From positions 1 to 64,000 of IMG/VR virus record IMGVR_UViG_3300017917_004998: 64,000 nt of DNA. The stretch is one strand, 5' to 3'. Every line of letters begins with the position of its first letter. The first letter of the stretch is position 1. The translations under genes and the position numbers were made by a program. Shown piece after piece: positions 9,937 through 18,949 of the stretch. The notes beneath the pieces are model-generated. The model was not told the DNA's origin, made no database searches, and saw nothing but the letters and a program-made list of their open reading frames with translations. This DNA is from a virus.

Positions 9937-10617
9937 TTAAAATCCTATGTTGTCTAGATCTCCTGCAAGATCCATTTCTTTTTCATATCCACTAGGCCAG
10001 ATCAACTTGACCCGGGTTTCTTTAAACCATGGTTCATTCCAAAAAGTCTTTAGATTCTCTATCATTCCCGCCGGATCTTTAGCAATCCTCTTGTTAAGTT
10101 CCTCAGGAGTCAATAAAGAAAGAACAAGCTTCCTAGCTTTATCCGGACCTTCTCCCAGAATCTTTAGCCATCCATTTGGGTTCCATTCTTTGTACAGGAA
10201 AAATTCGTCACACTGAAATTCTTCTCCGATTTCTAATGGTGCTCCTGCAAGACTTGTGAGTTCGTTCTTGTAACAGTGAAAACTACCACTAACCTTCTCC
10301 GGTGCTCCTGCAAGACTTTTTAGTTCGTTGCCCCAGCAAATAAAATTGCCACCGACTTCACGGGGTGAACCCATAAGGCTCGTCAGTCTATTCATAGAGC
10401 AATAGAAGCTTCCGCTGACTTTGCCAAACTTCAGTCCTCTAAAATCACCAAGACCTTTCCCGGCAAAAGCAACATCACCGTCAACATCAACCAGACCTGT
10501 CGAAGGATCAAATTCCCAGGTTCCCTTGACAAAGGTCTTTAAGAACTTTTCCTGTTCCTCAGTCAGCTTATTTCTCTCCTGCGATTCGAATACCCTATAT
10601 TCCTTAATGTGCTTCAT
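9937..10617 (-). CDS. LRR protein, tandem copy 3
   Basis: Same architecture. Confidence 0.88.
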   Translation of the reverse strand: MKHIKEYRVFESQERNKLTEEQEKFLKTFVKGTWEFDPSTGLVDVDGDVAFAGKGLGDFRGLKFGKVSGSFYCSMNRLTSLMGSPREVGGNFICWGNELKSLAGAPEKVSGSFHCYKNELTSLAGAPLEIGEEFQCDEFFLYKEWNPNGWLKILGEGPDKARKLVLSLLTPEELNKRIAKDPAGMIENLKTFWNEPWFKETRVKLIWPSGYEKEMDLAGDLDNIGF

Positions 10618-10620
10618 AAT

Positions 10621-11304
10621 TTAAAATCCTATGTTACCAAGATCTCCTGCAAGATCCGCTTCTTTTTCGTATCCTCTAGGCCATATCAACTTGGATCTTA
10701 TCACTTTAAACTCCGGATCGTTCCAAACAGTCTTTAGGTTTATCGCCATAGCTGCAGGGTCCCTGGCAATCTTATTGTTGAGTTCTTCTGGAGTCAATAA
10801 AGAAAAAACAAGCTTCCTGGCTTTATCAGAACCGATCTCAAGCATTTTTAACCACCGATCAATGTTCCACTCTCCCGGACGTATTTCAAATTCGTCACAC
10901 AAGAAAACACCACCAATCTTTTCCGGTGCTCCTGCAAGACTTATTAGATTGTTATATCGGCAATCAAAACTTCCACCAACTTCCTTGGGTGCTCCTGCAA
11001 GACTAGTGAGATTATTGCGGTCGCATTCAAACCTCCCACCAACCTCATGTGGTGCTCCCTCAAGAGACTTCAGATTGTTGTACGAGCAATCGAAGGAACC
11101 TTTGACATTCCCGAACTTAATTCCCATAAAATCCTCGACATCATTGTTAAAGAAAACAACATTACCGTCAACATCAACCAGACCTGTCGAAGTGTTAAAC
11201 ACCCAAGTCCCAGAAACACGTTCGTCAAGAAATTTCCTCTGCTCCCTGTCAAGTTCATTCCTTTCATTAGATTCGAATACCCTATATTCCTTAATGTGCT
11301 TCAT
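10621..11304 (-). CDS. LRR protein, tandem copy 2
   Basis: Same architecture. Confidence 0.88.
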   Translation of the reverse strand: MKHIKEYRVFESNERNELDREQRKFLDERVSGTWVFNTSTGLVDVDGNVVFFNNDVEDFMGIKFGNVKGSFDCSYNNLKSLEGAPHEVGGRFECDRNNLTSLAGAPKEVGGSFDCRYNNLISLAGAPEKIGGVFLCDEFEIRPGEWNIDRWLKMLEIGSDKARKLVFSLLTPEELNNKIARDPAAMAINLKTVWNDPEFKVIRSKLIWPRGYEKEADLAGDLGNIGF

Positions 11305-11307
11305 GGT

Positions 11308-11925
11308 TTAATATCCAACGTTTCCCAGATCTCCGACCAGATCCGCTTCTTTTTCATATCCATTAGGCCAGATCAACCTGGATCTTATCCCACTAAACTC
11401 AGGATCGCTCCAAACAGGCTTTAGCTTCAACATCACTGATGCAGGATCAACAGAAATCATCCTGTTGAGAACGCAAACACTCACAAGAGGAAGAACAAGC
11501 TTCCGGCCTTTATCAGAACCGGACTCAATCACTTTTAGCCAGCCATCAGGGTTCCACTCTCCCGGAGGTATTTCAAATTCGTCACACAAGAAACTGCCAC
11601 CCACGGTCTCTGGTGCACCAGCAAGACTCTCTAGGCTATTGCCGGTGCAGTAGAAACTCCCACCAACATCATGTGGTGCTCCCTCAAGAGACTTCAGATT
11701 GTTGTACGAGCAATCGAAGCTGTCTCTGACACTGCCGAATCTGATTCCTCTGAGGTTTGATATTCCCCTGCAGGAGCAATAGAATCCACCATTCACATCA
11801 ACCAGACCGGTTGAGGTGTTGAAAGACCAGTCGCCTCCGCCGGATCGGTCAAGAAATTCCCTCTGCTCGAGAGACAGTCTAAGTCTATTGAACTTGAATA
11901 GAGTGCGGAGATTTAAATGCTGCAT
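11308..11925 (-). CDS. LRR protein, tandem copy 1 (most divergent, fewest repeats)
   Basis: Same architecture; GATATATA on minus strand at 11935-11942 just upstream. Confidence 0.85.
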   Translation of the reverse strand: MQHLNLRTLFKFNRLRLSLEQREFLDRSGGGDWSFNTSTGLVDVNGGFYCSCRGISNLRGIRFGSVRDSFDCSYNNLKSLEGAPHDVGGSFYCTGNSLESLAGAPETVGGSFLCDEFEIPPGEWNPDGWLKVIESGSDKGRKLVLPLVSVCVLNRMISVDPASVMLKLKPVWSDPEFSGIRSRLIWPNGYEKEADLVGDLGNVGY

Positions 11926-12565
11926 GGCTTTCTCTATATATCACAATGCTAGAGGTAGTTTCGACACAAAACACCGAAGAGGCCCAGCAAAAAAACATCA
12001 TTGCACACAGTCACTTTGTGTCAATCAGGATTCTTGGTCTCAGTTGCAAAAAGATCGGCCCCAGATCATTAAACACACAAAATAAACCCGCCACAAGATA
12101 TGAATTGCATCACTAAGAGTGCAGTTGTACTTATAGTGCAAATATACGTGAAGAGGGGTGTTTTGGGTCAGATTTACAGGATCCCCGGCCCACAAGATCT
12201 GAATCACATCCACCAACTACTACTAGACAAGTCAACACTAGAGAGAGACACACTATAGAAATAGAGATCACTAGACAGAGAGAATAGGGTACAGATACCA
12301 ACCAATATGATCTACATTCTCCCTACAAATGATCTACAAATCCTAAATCACATCAATCACACGTAATAAGACATACACAGTACTCATAAAAGAGAGAAGC
12401 ATAGAGTCATAACACTTACTCAGAACTTAGAGATTACTAGAGAGGAGAAGAGAGAGAATAGGTAGACATAGAGAGACTACCAGACAGAGTTAACTAGAGA
12501 GAAGAAGCCTAGTAGGAAGCTTAGGATAGGACCAGGGAAACCCAGTTGTAAAGCCCAAGGGTAAT

Positions 12566-12701
12566 CGCGGAAACATGGGTCCAAACCCTAGGTATGGGTA
12601 TAGGGATGAGTTTAGGGGTTTCGCGGAAACATGGGTCCAAACTCTAGGGCCAAACCATAGGGATGAGTATAGGGGTTTCGCGGAAACATGGGTCCAAACC
12701 C
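12566..12701 (+). repeat. three direct repeats CGCGGAAACATGGGTCCAAAC within ~56-57 nt units
   Basis: Read directly at about 12566, 12622 and 12679; the first two units also share ATAGGGATGAGT(T/A)TAGGGGTTT. Confidence 0.9.
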
Positions 12702-12960
12702 TGCCCCTCTAAATGGGCTTCGCACCACCCAGGGTGTCCCAGACAGGTCAAATCAGATTTCCCCGATTTATATATCCAAAATATTCTGCCCCGGTTTCCT
12801 AAACCCTGCGGTTAGGTGGTAAAAAATGGAGAATTGTGGGCCAGAGCCTTCCTAGACCTCGTTAACCTCGTTTTTAACCCCAAAAGGCGAGGTCAACCCG
12901 ACACAGTAACAGTATAAGGCCTCGTTTAACCCCGTAATTACAGATTCCCAGACCCAACCA

Positions 12961-13019
12961 ACACTTTCCATTCCACTTTCCATTCCACTTTCCTCCACTT
13001 CATTCCACTTTCCTCCACA
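12961..13019 (+). repeat. tandem ~10-nt pyrimidine repeat CCACTTTCC(A/T)(T/C)
   Basis: acactttccattccactttccattccactttcctccacttcattccactttcctccac. Confidence 0.85.
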
Positions 13020-13498
13020 CGATATCCCTTGCCCATTCCTCTTGTATGTGGTGTTCCTTCTCTCTATTATGGTTGGTTGTCTTCTCTCTACATGGTTGTC
13101 TTTCTTAAGGTCTTTGTGGTTGTCTTGTTGTGGGTGGGATAGGTAATCTTCTTTTTATATCCTATCAGGAGGCCGGGTCTCTGGAAGCCTCTTCTTTTTG
13201 GTCCCTTTCACTTATAGTATGTTAGTAATATACTCTGCGTGCGACTGCGGGTGAAACCGAGTGTGTGCGGGATCTTTTTTCTTGGATTTATTTTGTGTCG
13301 AGGCCTCACGGGCGGGCGGGTGCGCGTAGGCCCAATTTTCTAAGAAATCTGTTCCGCTGCAAAAATCTGGTGTTTGGTGCCCTAAAAATTGCTGTGTGCC
13401 GTGCCGATATTCCGCTTGGTCTTTTTGGCTCGCCCTACATACTATGTTAGTAAGATACCACTGGCGCGATATATAGGGCAAACTAAAAGACAAACTAA

Positions 13499-13786
13499 AT
13501 GGCACAAGGAAACGTAGGCTATCCATTAGCCGCTTCAACAAACTACACACCAGGAGGAACCGCTGGTCCGGCCGCTGGATATGCACCGATTACACTGGTG
13601 CTAGTCACCCAGGGTGGGGCAGCCACTTTGGACTACTACGATCTACAGGGCAACCAGTTAACTATTGCACTTGGGACTGTAAACAATCCGACTATGCTTC
13701 CGATCACACTAACGAGGACAGGAGCATCACTGACATCTGGTAGATTCTATGGATTCTCTATTGGCAACCCGAACTTTGCTATGTAA
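13499..13786 (+). CDS. hypothetical Gly/Thr/Ala-rich protein, possibly structural
   Basis: 95 aa ORF after GATATATA at 13468. Confidence 0.7.
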   Translation: MAQGNVGYPLAASTNYTPGGTAGPAAGYAPITLVLVTQGGAATLDYYDLQGNQLTIALGTVNNPTMLPITLTRTGASLTSGRFYGFSIGNPNFAM

Positions 13787-13892
13787 AGTCACTTGGTGAT
13801 TGCACTGGAAGATATGGTGTTTTTGTTTTTCTTGTGTCGATAGATAGCATGTCACGACCTTTTGGACGGACTTAAAAAAACGTGTTTTTATC

Positions 13893-14036
13893 ATGGCAAA
13901 AGCTAAAGTCTCCGCATCATCATCCTTTAGGAAAAGAGCAAGAACGAAAAGGAAGGGTGTGCACTCTAAGTCTAAACAGTCTTCACATAAGCACGGTAAG
14001 AACTACCAGAAGAAGTATTCTGGTCAGGGAAGATGA
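13893..14036 (+). CDS. 47 aa highly basic protein
   Basis: MAKAKVSASSSFRKRARTKRKGVHSKSKQSSHKHGKNYQKKYSGQGR*, followed by a terminator hairpin. Confidence 0.7.
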   Translation: MAKAKVSASSSFRKRARTKRKGVHSKSKQSSHKHGKNYQKKYSGQGR

Positions 14037-14040
14037 AAAG

Positions 14041-14072
14041 AAGCCTAGGGTTTAAAGCCTAGGCTTTTTTGT
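14041..14072 (+). terminator. Rho-independent terminator
   Basis: AAGCCTAGG-gtttaaag-CCTAGGCTT followed by a T tract. Confidence 0.75.
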
Positions 14073-14100
14073 GGGGTTTTTTTGTTGAGATTTTTTTCAG

Positions 14101-14376
14101 ATGTTTGCGGCAAACTATTTTATGATAAATTCAGAACTCATAGTACACCAGGAAAAAGCTTTGAGAGTAATCTCGTCTTGCAGAACTTTGAAGCAGCTTG
14201 ATAACGCTGAATCTTTTTCTATTATTGTGATTCGTTTTCTTTTTTCTAGATTGGAGGAGACTGAAATGAAGAGAGAGGCTTTTGATGCTATCGAGGAGAT
14301 TTCTTTTCTGCTGAATGAAAAGATAAACGAATGCAGGAAAAAAATTATTGATTCTGCTGAAGATCTTTCTGTTTGA
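14101..14376 (+). CDS. hypothetical protein
   Basis: 91 aa ORF; start may be the ATG at about 14125. Confidence 0.6.
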   Translation: MFAANYFMINSELIVHQEKALRVISSCRTLKQLDNAESFSIIVIRFLFSRLEETEMKREAFDAIEEISFLLNEKINECRKKIIDSAEDLSV

Positions 14377-14441
14377 AAATTCATTTGAAGAATTGGAAAC
14401 CAAACCTTGGAGATGTTGATAAGAACTCCAAATCAAGATAA

Positions 14442-15335
14442 GTGAGACAGTTTAAAATAAGTGAGAGATTTACCTCGAGACAGACCAGATCTATAGGTCT
14501 CTACATCAACGAGATGCAGAAGACCGACGTGATGACTGCGGATGAGGAGTATTTGGTGGCGTGCCGGGCATTTGAGGGAGATGCTGCAGCTAGAGAGGCC
14601 CTAGTGAAGGCAAACCTTAGGTTCGTGTTTACTGTTGCCAAGATGTACAGCCATGATCCAGAGATGCTTAACGACCTGGTGTCGGTTGGCAATATTGGAC
14701 TGATTGATTCTGCAAAGAAGTTTGATCCACATAAGGGATTCAAGTTTATCTCCTATGCTGTTTGGAATATCAGGAAGGAGATGATTGAGTACCTTGCCAA
14801 GAATTCCCGCACAATCCGGATACCAAGCAATCGGAATGCAGTGGCGGTTAAGATCAAGGAGGCGATGAGCTACATCTACACCAGAGAGGGCAGGGATGCT
14901 ACAGAGGAAGAGATCCTGCAGTATGTCAAAGAGAATATGAAGGGTACGGAACATCTCGAGATTCGTGATATGCTTGACATCTTCTCTGCTGATAAAAAGG
15001 CCTGGTCTTTGGACCAGCCACTGAGCGAGACTGGCGAGAGTGAGTCTACCCTTCTTGACGTGTTTGACGGTGGGGACGGAAACCTTGAGAGGGAATTGGA
15101 TGAGGAGAACCACAGGCACATCCTGAAGTTGCTTACCTCGGATCTCACCATCAGAGAGAAGGAGGTCCTGGAGAGGATTCATGCCATTGGCGGGATGTAT
15201 CCTCATTCTTTTACCGATGTTGCTCAGAGCTGGGGCATAACTGCCGAAGCAGCAAGAAACGTGTACAAGAAAGCCATTCACAAAATGAGGAGAAGGGCAA
15301 AGTGGCTTAAGATCGACATTTCAACAATTTTCTAA
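14442..15335 (+). CDS. RNA polymerase sigma-70 family factor, Bacteroidota primary-sigma type (no region 1.1)
   Basis: ANLRFVFTVAKMY, DLVSVGNIGLIDSAKKFDPHKGFKFISYAVWNIR, SRTIRIP, region-4 HTH; N-term MRQFKIS resembles Bacteroidota RpoD. Confidence 0.92.
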   Translation: MRQFKISERFTSRQTRSIGLYINEMQKTDVMTADEEYLVACRAFEGDAAAREALVKANLRFVFTVAKMYSHDPEMLNDLVSVGNIGLIDSAKKFDPHKGFKFISYAVWNIRKEMIEYLAKNSRTIRIPSNRNAVAVKIKEAMSYIYTREGRDATEEEILQYVKENMKGTEHLEIRDMLDIFSADKKAWSLDQPLSETGESESTLLDVFDGGDGNLERELDEENHRHILKLLTSDLTIREKEVLERIHAIGGMYPHSFTDVAQSWGITAEAARNVYKKAIHKMRRRAKWLKIDISTIF

Positions 15336-15339
15336 GCAG

Positions 15340-15513
15340 ATGGAAGAACTAGTTCCCCAGATCCCAGCGGACGAAAAGGCAAGGTATTTTCTGGATAAGA
15401 GATCCCATGAAGATGTCGTTAAAGAAGTAACCCAACTGATTTACCTCTCCGATGGAGTTTCACCACTGATGGAGTATTGGAAAGAGGTTCTCTTTCACGT
15501 GAAGAGGAACTAA
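15340..15513 (+). CDS. 57 aa hypothetical protein
   Basis: ORF read manually, below the track size cutoff. Confidence 0.55.
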   Translation: MEELVPQIPADEKARYFLDKRSHEDVVKEVTQLIYLSDGVSPLMEYWKEVLFHVKRN

Positions 15514-15551
15514 AAAGTGGAAATGCGATATAATGAAGAAACACTATCCTA

Positions 15552-15731
15552 ATGAGCATTTTAAATTTCTTTCGTCGTTTAATGGGTATCGAAACCCAGA
15601 TCGCTGAGGACGAGCAGGCACCGGCTGCAGTACAGACACCCGAGGTTGTTGAGCAGCCAGAGACTGCTGCAGAAGGGGTTAAAGCACCAGCGAAGAAGAA
15701 GGGCAGACCAGCAAAGAAGAAGACTTCCTGA
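15552..15731 (+). CDS. 59 aa protein with AT-hook-like basic tail
   Basis: MSILNFFRRLMG...APAKKKGRPAKKKTS*. Confidence 0.65.
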   Translation: MSILNFFRRLMGIETQIAEDEQAPAAVQTPEVVEQPETAAEGVKAPAKKKGRPAKKKTS

Positions 15732-15825
15732 TTTCTTTAAATCAGATGCCTTTGGGTTTGACTAATTGTCAAACCCATTTTTTATTGTCGATAACTCCCG
15801 TTATTCTTGAGATATATAAAACACT

Positions 15826-16044
15826 ATGATCGTTAAGAAGCAAGATAAACCAGGCCCAATTGAAATCGACCTAACAGGTCCGGACGGCAATGCATTCGCT
15901 CTTATAAAGCTCGCAGTGAGATGGGCTAAAGATCTAGGTCTGGATGGAGAGATGATCCAGCAGGAAATGATGATGGGTGATTACGAGAACCTGCTGAATG
16001 TCGTAGAGCACTACTTCGGTGACTATGTTATCATGTATAGATAA
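15826..16044 (+). CDS. conserved phage hypothetical protein
   Basis: IEIDLTGPDGNAFAL...GDYENLL; GATATATA at 15811. Confidence 0.75.
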   Translation: MIVKKQDKPGPIEIDLTGPDGNAFALIKLAVRWAKDLGLDGEMIQQEMMMGDYENLLNVVEHYFGDYVIMYR

Positions 16045-16095
16045 TTTCATTTTTTCTTCGAAACAATTCCTATTACATTTGTTTAATAATCAAAT

Positions 16096-16169
16096 GCGCT
16101 CGTAGCTCAGCTGGATAGAGCACCAGATTTCTAATCTGGGTGTCACAGGTTCGAATCCTGTCGGGCGTA
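16096..16169 (+). tRNA. trnR-UCU: tRNA-Arg(UCU)
   Basis: Full cloverleaf; anticodon arm CCAGA-TTTCTAA-TCTGG; T arm ACAGG-TTCGAAT-CCTGT. Confidence 0.95.
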
Positions 16170-16181
16170 CTAAATAAGACT

Positions 16182-16502
16182 ATGGAAACCATAGACCAAA
16201 AATGTCAAATCTGCAAGAAGAGGGATGCAAAGAAGCGACTTTCAACCCAATGGGATGAAGGTTATTTTTTTGTCTGCGGTAAGAAGAAATGTCTTAGTGC
16301 TTTATACGACATTCTTCATGCATCTAACTCACCGAGTAAAGAGACCAAAGAAGAATTCGTTGCAAAGAACTCTCACGATCCCATGAATTGGCAGGGAAGA
16401 GATTACGAGAATGTTGAAGGAACTGAACTGATAATTTTCTGGGCAATTGTAGCTGGTCTTGGTACAATTATAGGAATTGCAATCTTTAACGTTTTTTTCT
16501 AA
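16182..16502 (+). CDS. CxxC-containing protein with C-terminal transmembrane helix
   Basis: CQIC...VCGKKKC and hydrophobic C-terminus; start corrected to the ATG at 16182, past the tRNA. Confidence 0.7.
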   Translation: METIDQKCQICKKRDAKKRLSTQWDEGYFFVCGKKKCLSALYDILHASNSPSKETKEEFVAKNSHDPMNWQGRDYENVEGTELIIFWAIVAGLGTIIGIAIFNVFF

Positions 16503-16539
16503 CGTTTCGTATAACTACATTTGAATAAACAAAAAAGGC

Positions 16540-17013
16540 ATGGGACTAGGTATTGTAGCTTATGAGGGATTGGAACCAGGGAATGGCATCATGGTTTCTC
16601 ATGATTTTTTTGGACGGGCATCAGACATAGATGAAGGATCATATAAACAGATGGGCGAATCATTCTCGTTCCAGGTCGGATCATATTCTTCGTATGGATC
16701 ATGGAGACGTCATCTCTGTCTGGCTATTCATGGAGTAGAGCCAGAGGAATTGTGGGACAATGCTGGAAACTTTATCGACAAACCCTTCTATGAATTGATA
16801 AACTTCAGCGATTGTGAAGGACAGATTGGTCCTAAGGTCTCTGAAGAGTTATATCAGGATTTTGCAAACCCTGATAATGAAAAGAAGTTCTTAGATTATA
16901 TTAAAGGCAATCTAGAAAGTGAATATCTTGTTGATTACCATAAAAGAAATTGGGAAAACTTCAAGAGATCTTTCGAACTGGCAAGACAAGGAGGATTGGT
17001 CTCGTTTTGCTAA
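16540..17013 (+). CDS. conserved phage hypothetical protein
   Basis: YELINFSDCEGQIG motif; own promoter upstream. Confidence 0.8.
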   Translation: MGLGIVAYEGLEPGNGIMVSHDFFGRASDIDEGSYKQMGESFSFQVGSYSSYGSWRRHLCLAIHGVEPEELWDNAGNFIDKPFYELINFSDCEGQIGPKVSEELYQDFANPDNEKKFLDYIKGNLESEYLVDYHKRNWENFKRSFELARQGGLVSFC

Positions 17014-17020
17014 ATGATAT

Positions 17021-17094
17021 GCTCCCTTGGCGGAATTGGTATACGCGCAGCACTTAGGATGCTGATTTTGGGAGTTCGAGTCTCCCAGGGAGTA
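17021..17094 (+). tRNA. trnL-UAG: tRNA-Leu(UAG) with a short 5-nt variable loop
   Basis: Leu-type D arm GGCGGAATTGGTATACGC; anticodon arm CAGCA-CTTAGGA-TGCTG; variable region ATTTT. Confidence 0.85.
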
Positions 17095-17252
17095 CAAGGG
17101 TCATGTCTTTTTGTTGTTTGATATCATAGAAAATCTATGACCTTGACTGGGCTTCTAAGGAGCCCAGTTTTTTTGTGGACTTATTTTTTTGTGGCGATGC
17201 GTGACATTACATTTACCAAACAGGCAGGAAAGATGGGAAATACTTCTGCTGC

Positions 17253-17738
17253 GTGACTGTAAAAAAGGATATGAGAACACTAGTTAAAGAAATGGATGAT
17301 ATTGAAGGTGTTGCCAAGATCCTGTTTTTTAACCCGGAGAAAGCACAGGAACTGGTTACCCTGGATAGAGTATCAGGGGTTGTTAAGGAGATTGGTGAAA
17401 AAATCCAGGATCACAAGAACCAGCTTAGAGGTACTGTCATAGATAAAGAGAATCTCGATAGGATATCGGCAATTTTTGAAGCCATTGCATATCTCGAGAA
17501 TCTGCGTAAAATATTAATCGGATAACTTATGTCATTAGAAAAAGAAATCAACATCCTGTTCAGAATGGCTCTGGATATGGAATCACGTCAGAAGAGAGGA
17601 GAAGAAGCTACCTCAAAGGAGTTGGAAAACTTGAGAAGCCTGATTACAGTTATCGATTCCATCGGAGAGTGCATGGTTCCAGAACCCAACGAAAACAAGG
17701 ACAAGAAGTTAAAGAACAAAAAAATATTATCTGAATAA
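17253..17738 (+). CDS. two small hypothetical proteins (17253..17525, 17529..17738)
   Basis: Adjacent ORFs. Confidence 0.65.
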
Positions 17739-17825
17739 ATTTTTTTTTCATATAATATTTTTTTTCAGCGGTGTTTTTAGTTATCTTTGAGATGTCAAAT
17801 TAATCAACATCGAAAATCTCAAGCA

Positions 17826-18395
17826 ATGACGGAAAAAAAGAAACCCACTTTCACACAGATGCGTTGGTCTGAAGCCGACGACAATCTACTTCGTGATCTC
17901 ATCGATCGTGGTGCAGATGGCACTACGATTTCGAAAACCCTTGGTCGTACACGAGGATCAATCTTCAATCGCAAATTCGCTCTCGGAATCGAGACACGCA
18001 TGAAGAATACCAAGAAGGGCCAGGCAAACGATCTAACTTACGGAACCAAGACACGCAGAGCAAAACCAGAAATGGTGGCTGAACCCGAACCAGTTCCTCA
18101 GAAAGTCAAGAAAGATGTGAAGCCCAAGAAAGAGGCAAAGCCCAAGCAAGAACCAGCACAGGCTAAAGAGAAAAGCAAGGGAAAAATCCCATACAACTTC
18201 AAACTTGCCCAGTACAATCAGCGCCGTCGCAGAGGAGACGTGGCAAAGATCGCAGCTGCAACTGGATTCTCGCAGGGCTATGTCAGTACTGTAGTCAACG
18301 GTCTGCAGGATAACGAACGTATCGTTAGTGTTGCTTATAACACCGCACGTGGTCGTAAGACCAACGAAACGATGATGAAGAGTAAATCTAAGTAA
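17826..18395 (+). CDS. DNA-binding protein: Myb-like N-domain, Lys/Pro-rich linker, C-terminal HTH
   Basis: RWSEADDNLL...LGRTRGSIFNR and DVAKIAAATGFSQGYVSTVVNG. Confidence 0.7.
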   Translation: MTEKKKPTFTQMRWSEADDNLLRDLIDRGADGTTISKTLGRTRGSIFNRKFALGIETRMKNTKKGQANDLTYGTKTRRAKPEMVAEPEPVPQKVKKDVKPKKEAKPKQEPAQAKEKSKGKIPYNFKLAQYNQRRRRGDVAKIAAATGFSQGYVSTVVNGLQDNERIVSVAYNTARGRKTNETMMKSKSK

Positions 18396-18518
18396 TTTTA
18401 GGTCTCTTCGTAAGAAAGGTCAGGGTAAAACCTGGCCTTTTTAGTGTTTTCGTTTTTTCAGATCGTAAAATGTTAATAACTTTGCGATGTATTAAAAGCA
18501 CTACATATAAAAAACGAC

Positions 18519-18878
18519 ATGAGAGAAGAAAAAGCTAAGAAGAAAAGCCTAACACAACAAGACAACCAAATTCTAATTAGTTTCGTAAATCATCACTTTG
18601 GACCTATTAGGGGATTAAATTTTATCATCAAGGGTCAGGAGAAGATTGAAGTTAAGGAGTACCTTGAGAAACAGCCCACTAGGATCATCTCTGATATCTG
18701 GAAAGGAACACTCCTCTCATCTAAAGCGATGGAGCTGCCAATGAAGTTCATCGAGGATCTAGAAACCCCACCACAGGTAGTTAACTCTATGGAAGAGGGT
18801 GAAAGGATTATTATGGAGAATCTGAACAAGGGCAATTTAACAGGAGACCCCTTCTTCTTCAGATCATTCATAGTCTAA
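18519..18878 (+). CDS. hypothetical protein
   Basis: 119 aa ORF. Confidence 0.7.
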   Translation: MREEKAKKKSLTQQDNQILISFVNHHFGPIRGLNFIIKGQEKIEVKEYLEKQPTRIISDIWKGTLLSSKAMELPMKFIEDLETPPQVVNSMEEGERIIMENLNKGNLTGDPFFFRSFIV

Positions 18879-18949
18879 ACATAGTATGTCCGTAACATAC
18901 TATATGCCCGTGCGAATTTAGATAGGACAAAACAAGATAATCACAAGCA

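Larger units (their letters stand above)
11943..13467. other. 1.5 kb non-coding island between divergent transcription units; candidate origin or packaging locus
   Basis: No credible ORF; purine-rich left arm, pyrimidine-rich right arm, central direct repeats. Confidence 0.55.

Noticed and set aside
8554-11653. Plus-strand ORFs over the LRR array (e.g. 10631..11311)
   Set aside because: Antisense shadows of the minus-strand genes, repeated only because the genes are paralogous.
7566-11925. Diversity-generating retroelement acting on the LRR genes
   Set aside because: No reverse transcriptase in the window and differences between repeats are not confined to adenines.
13212-13586. ORFs in the non-coding island
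   Set aside because: Atypical composition, overlap repeats and the promoter, no motif support.
14501-15281. Minus-strand ORFs over the sigma gene
   Set aside because: Shadow frames of a well-supported gene.
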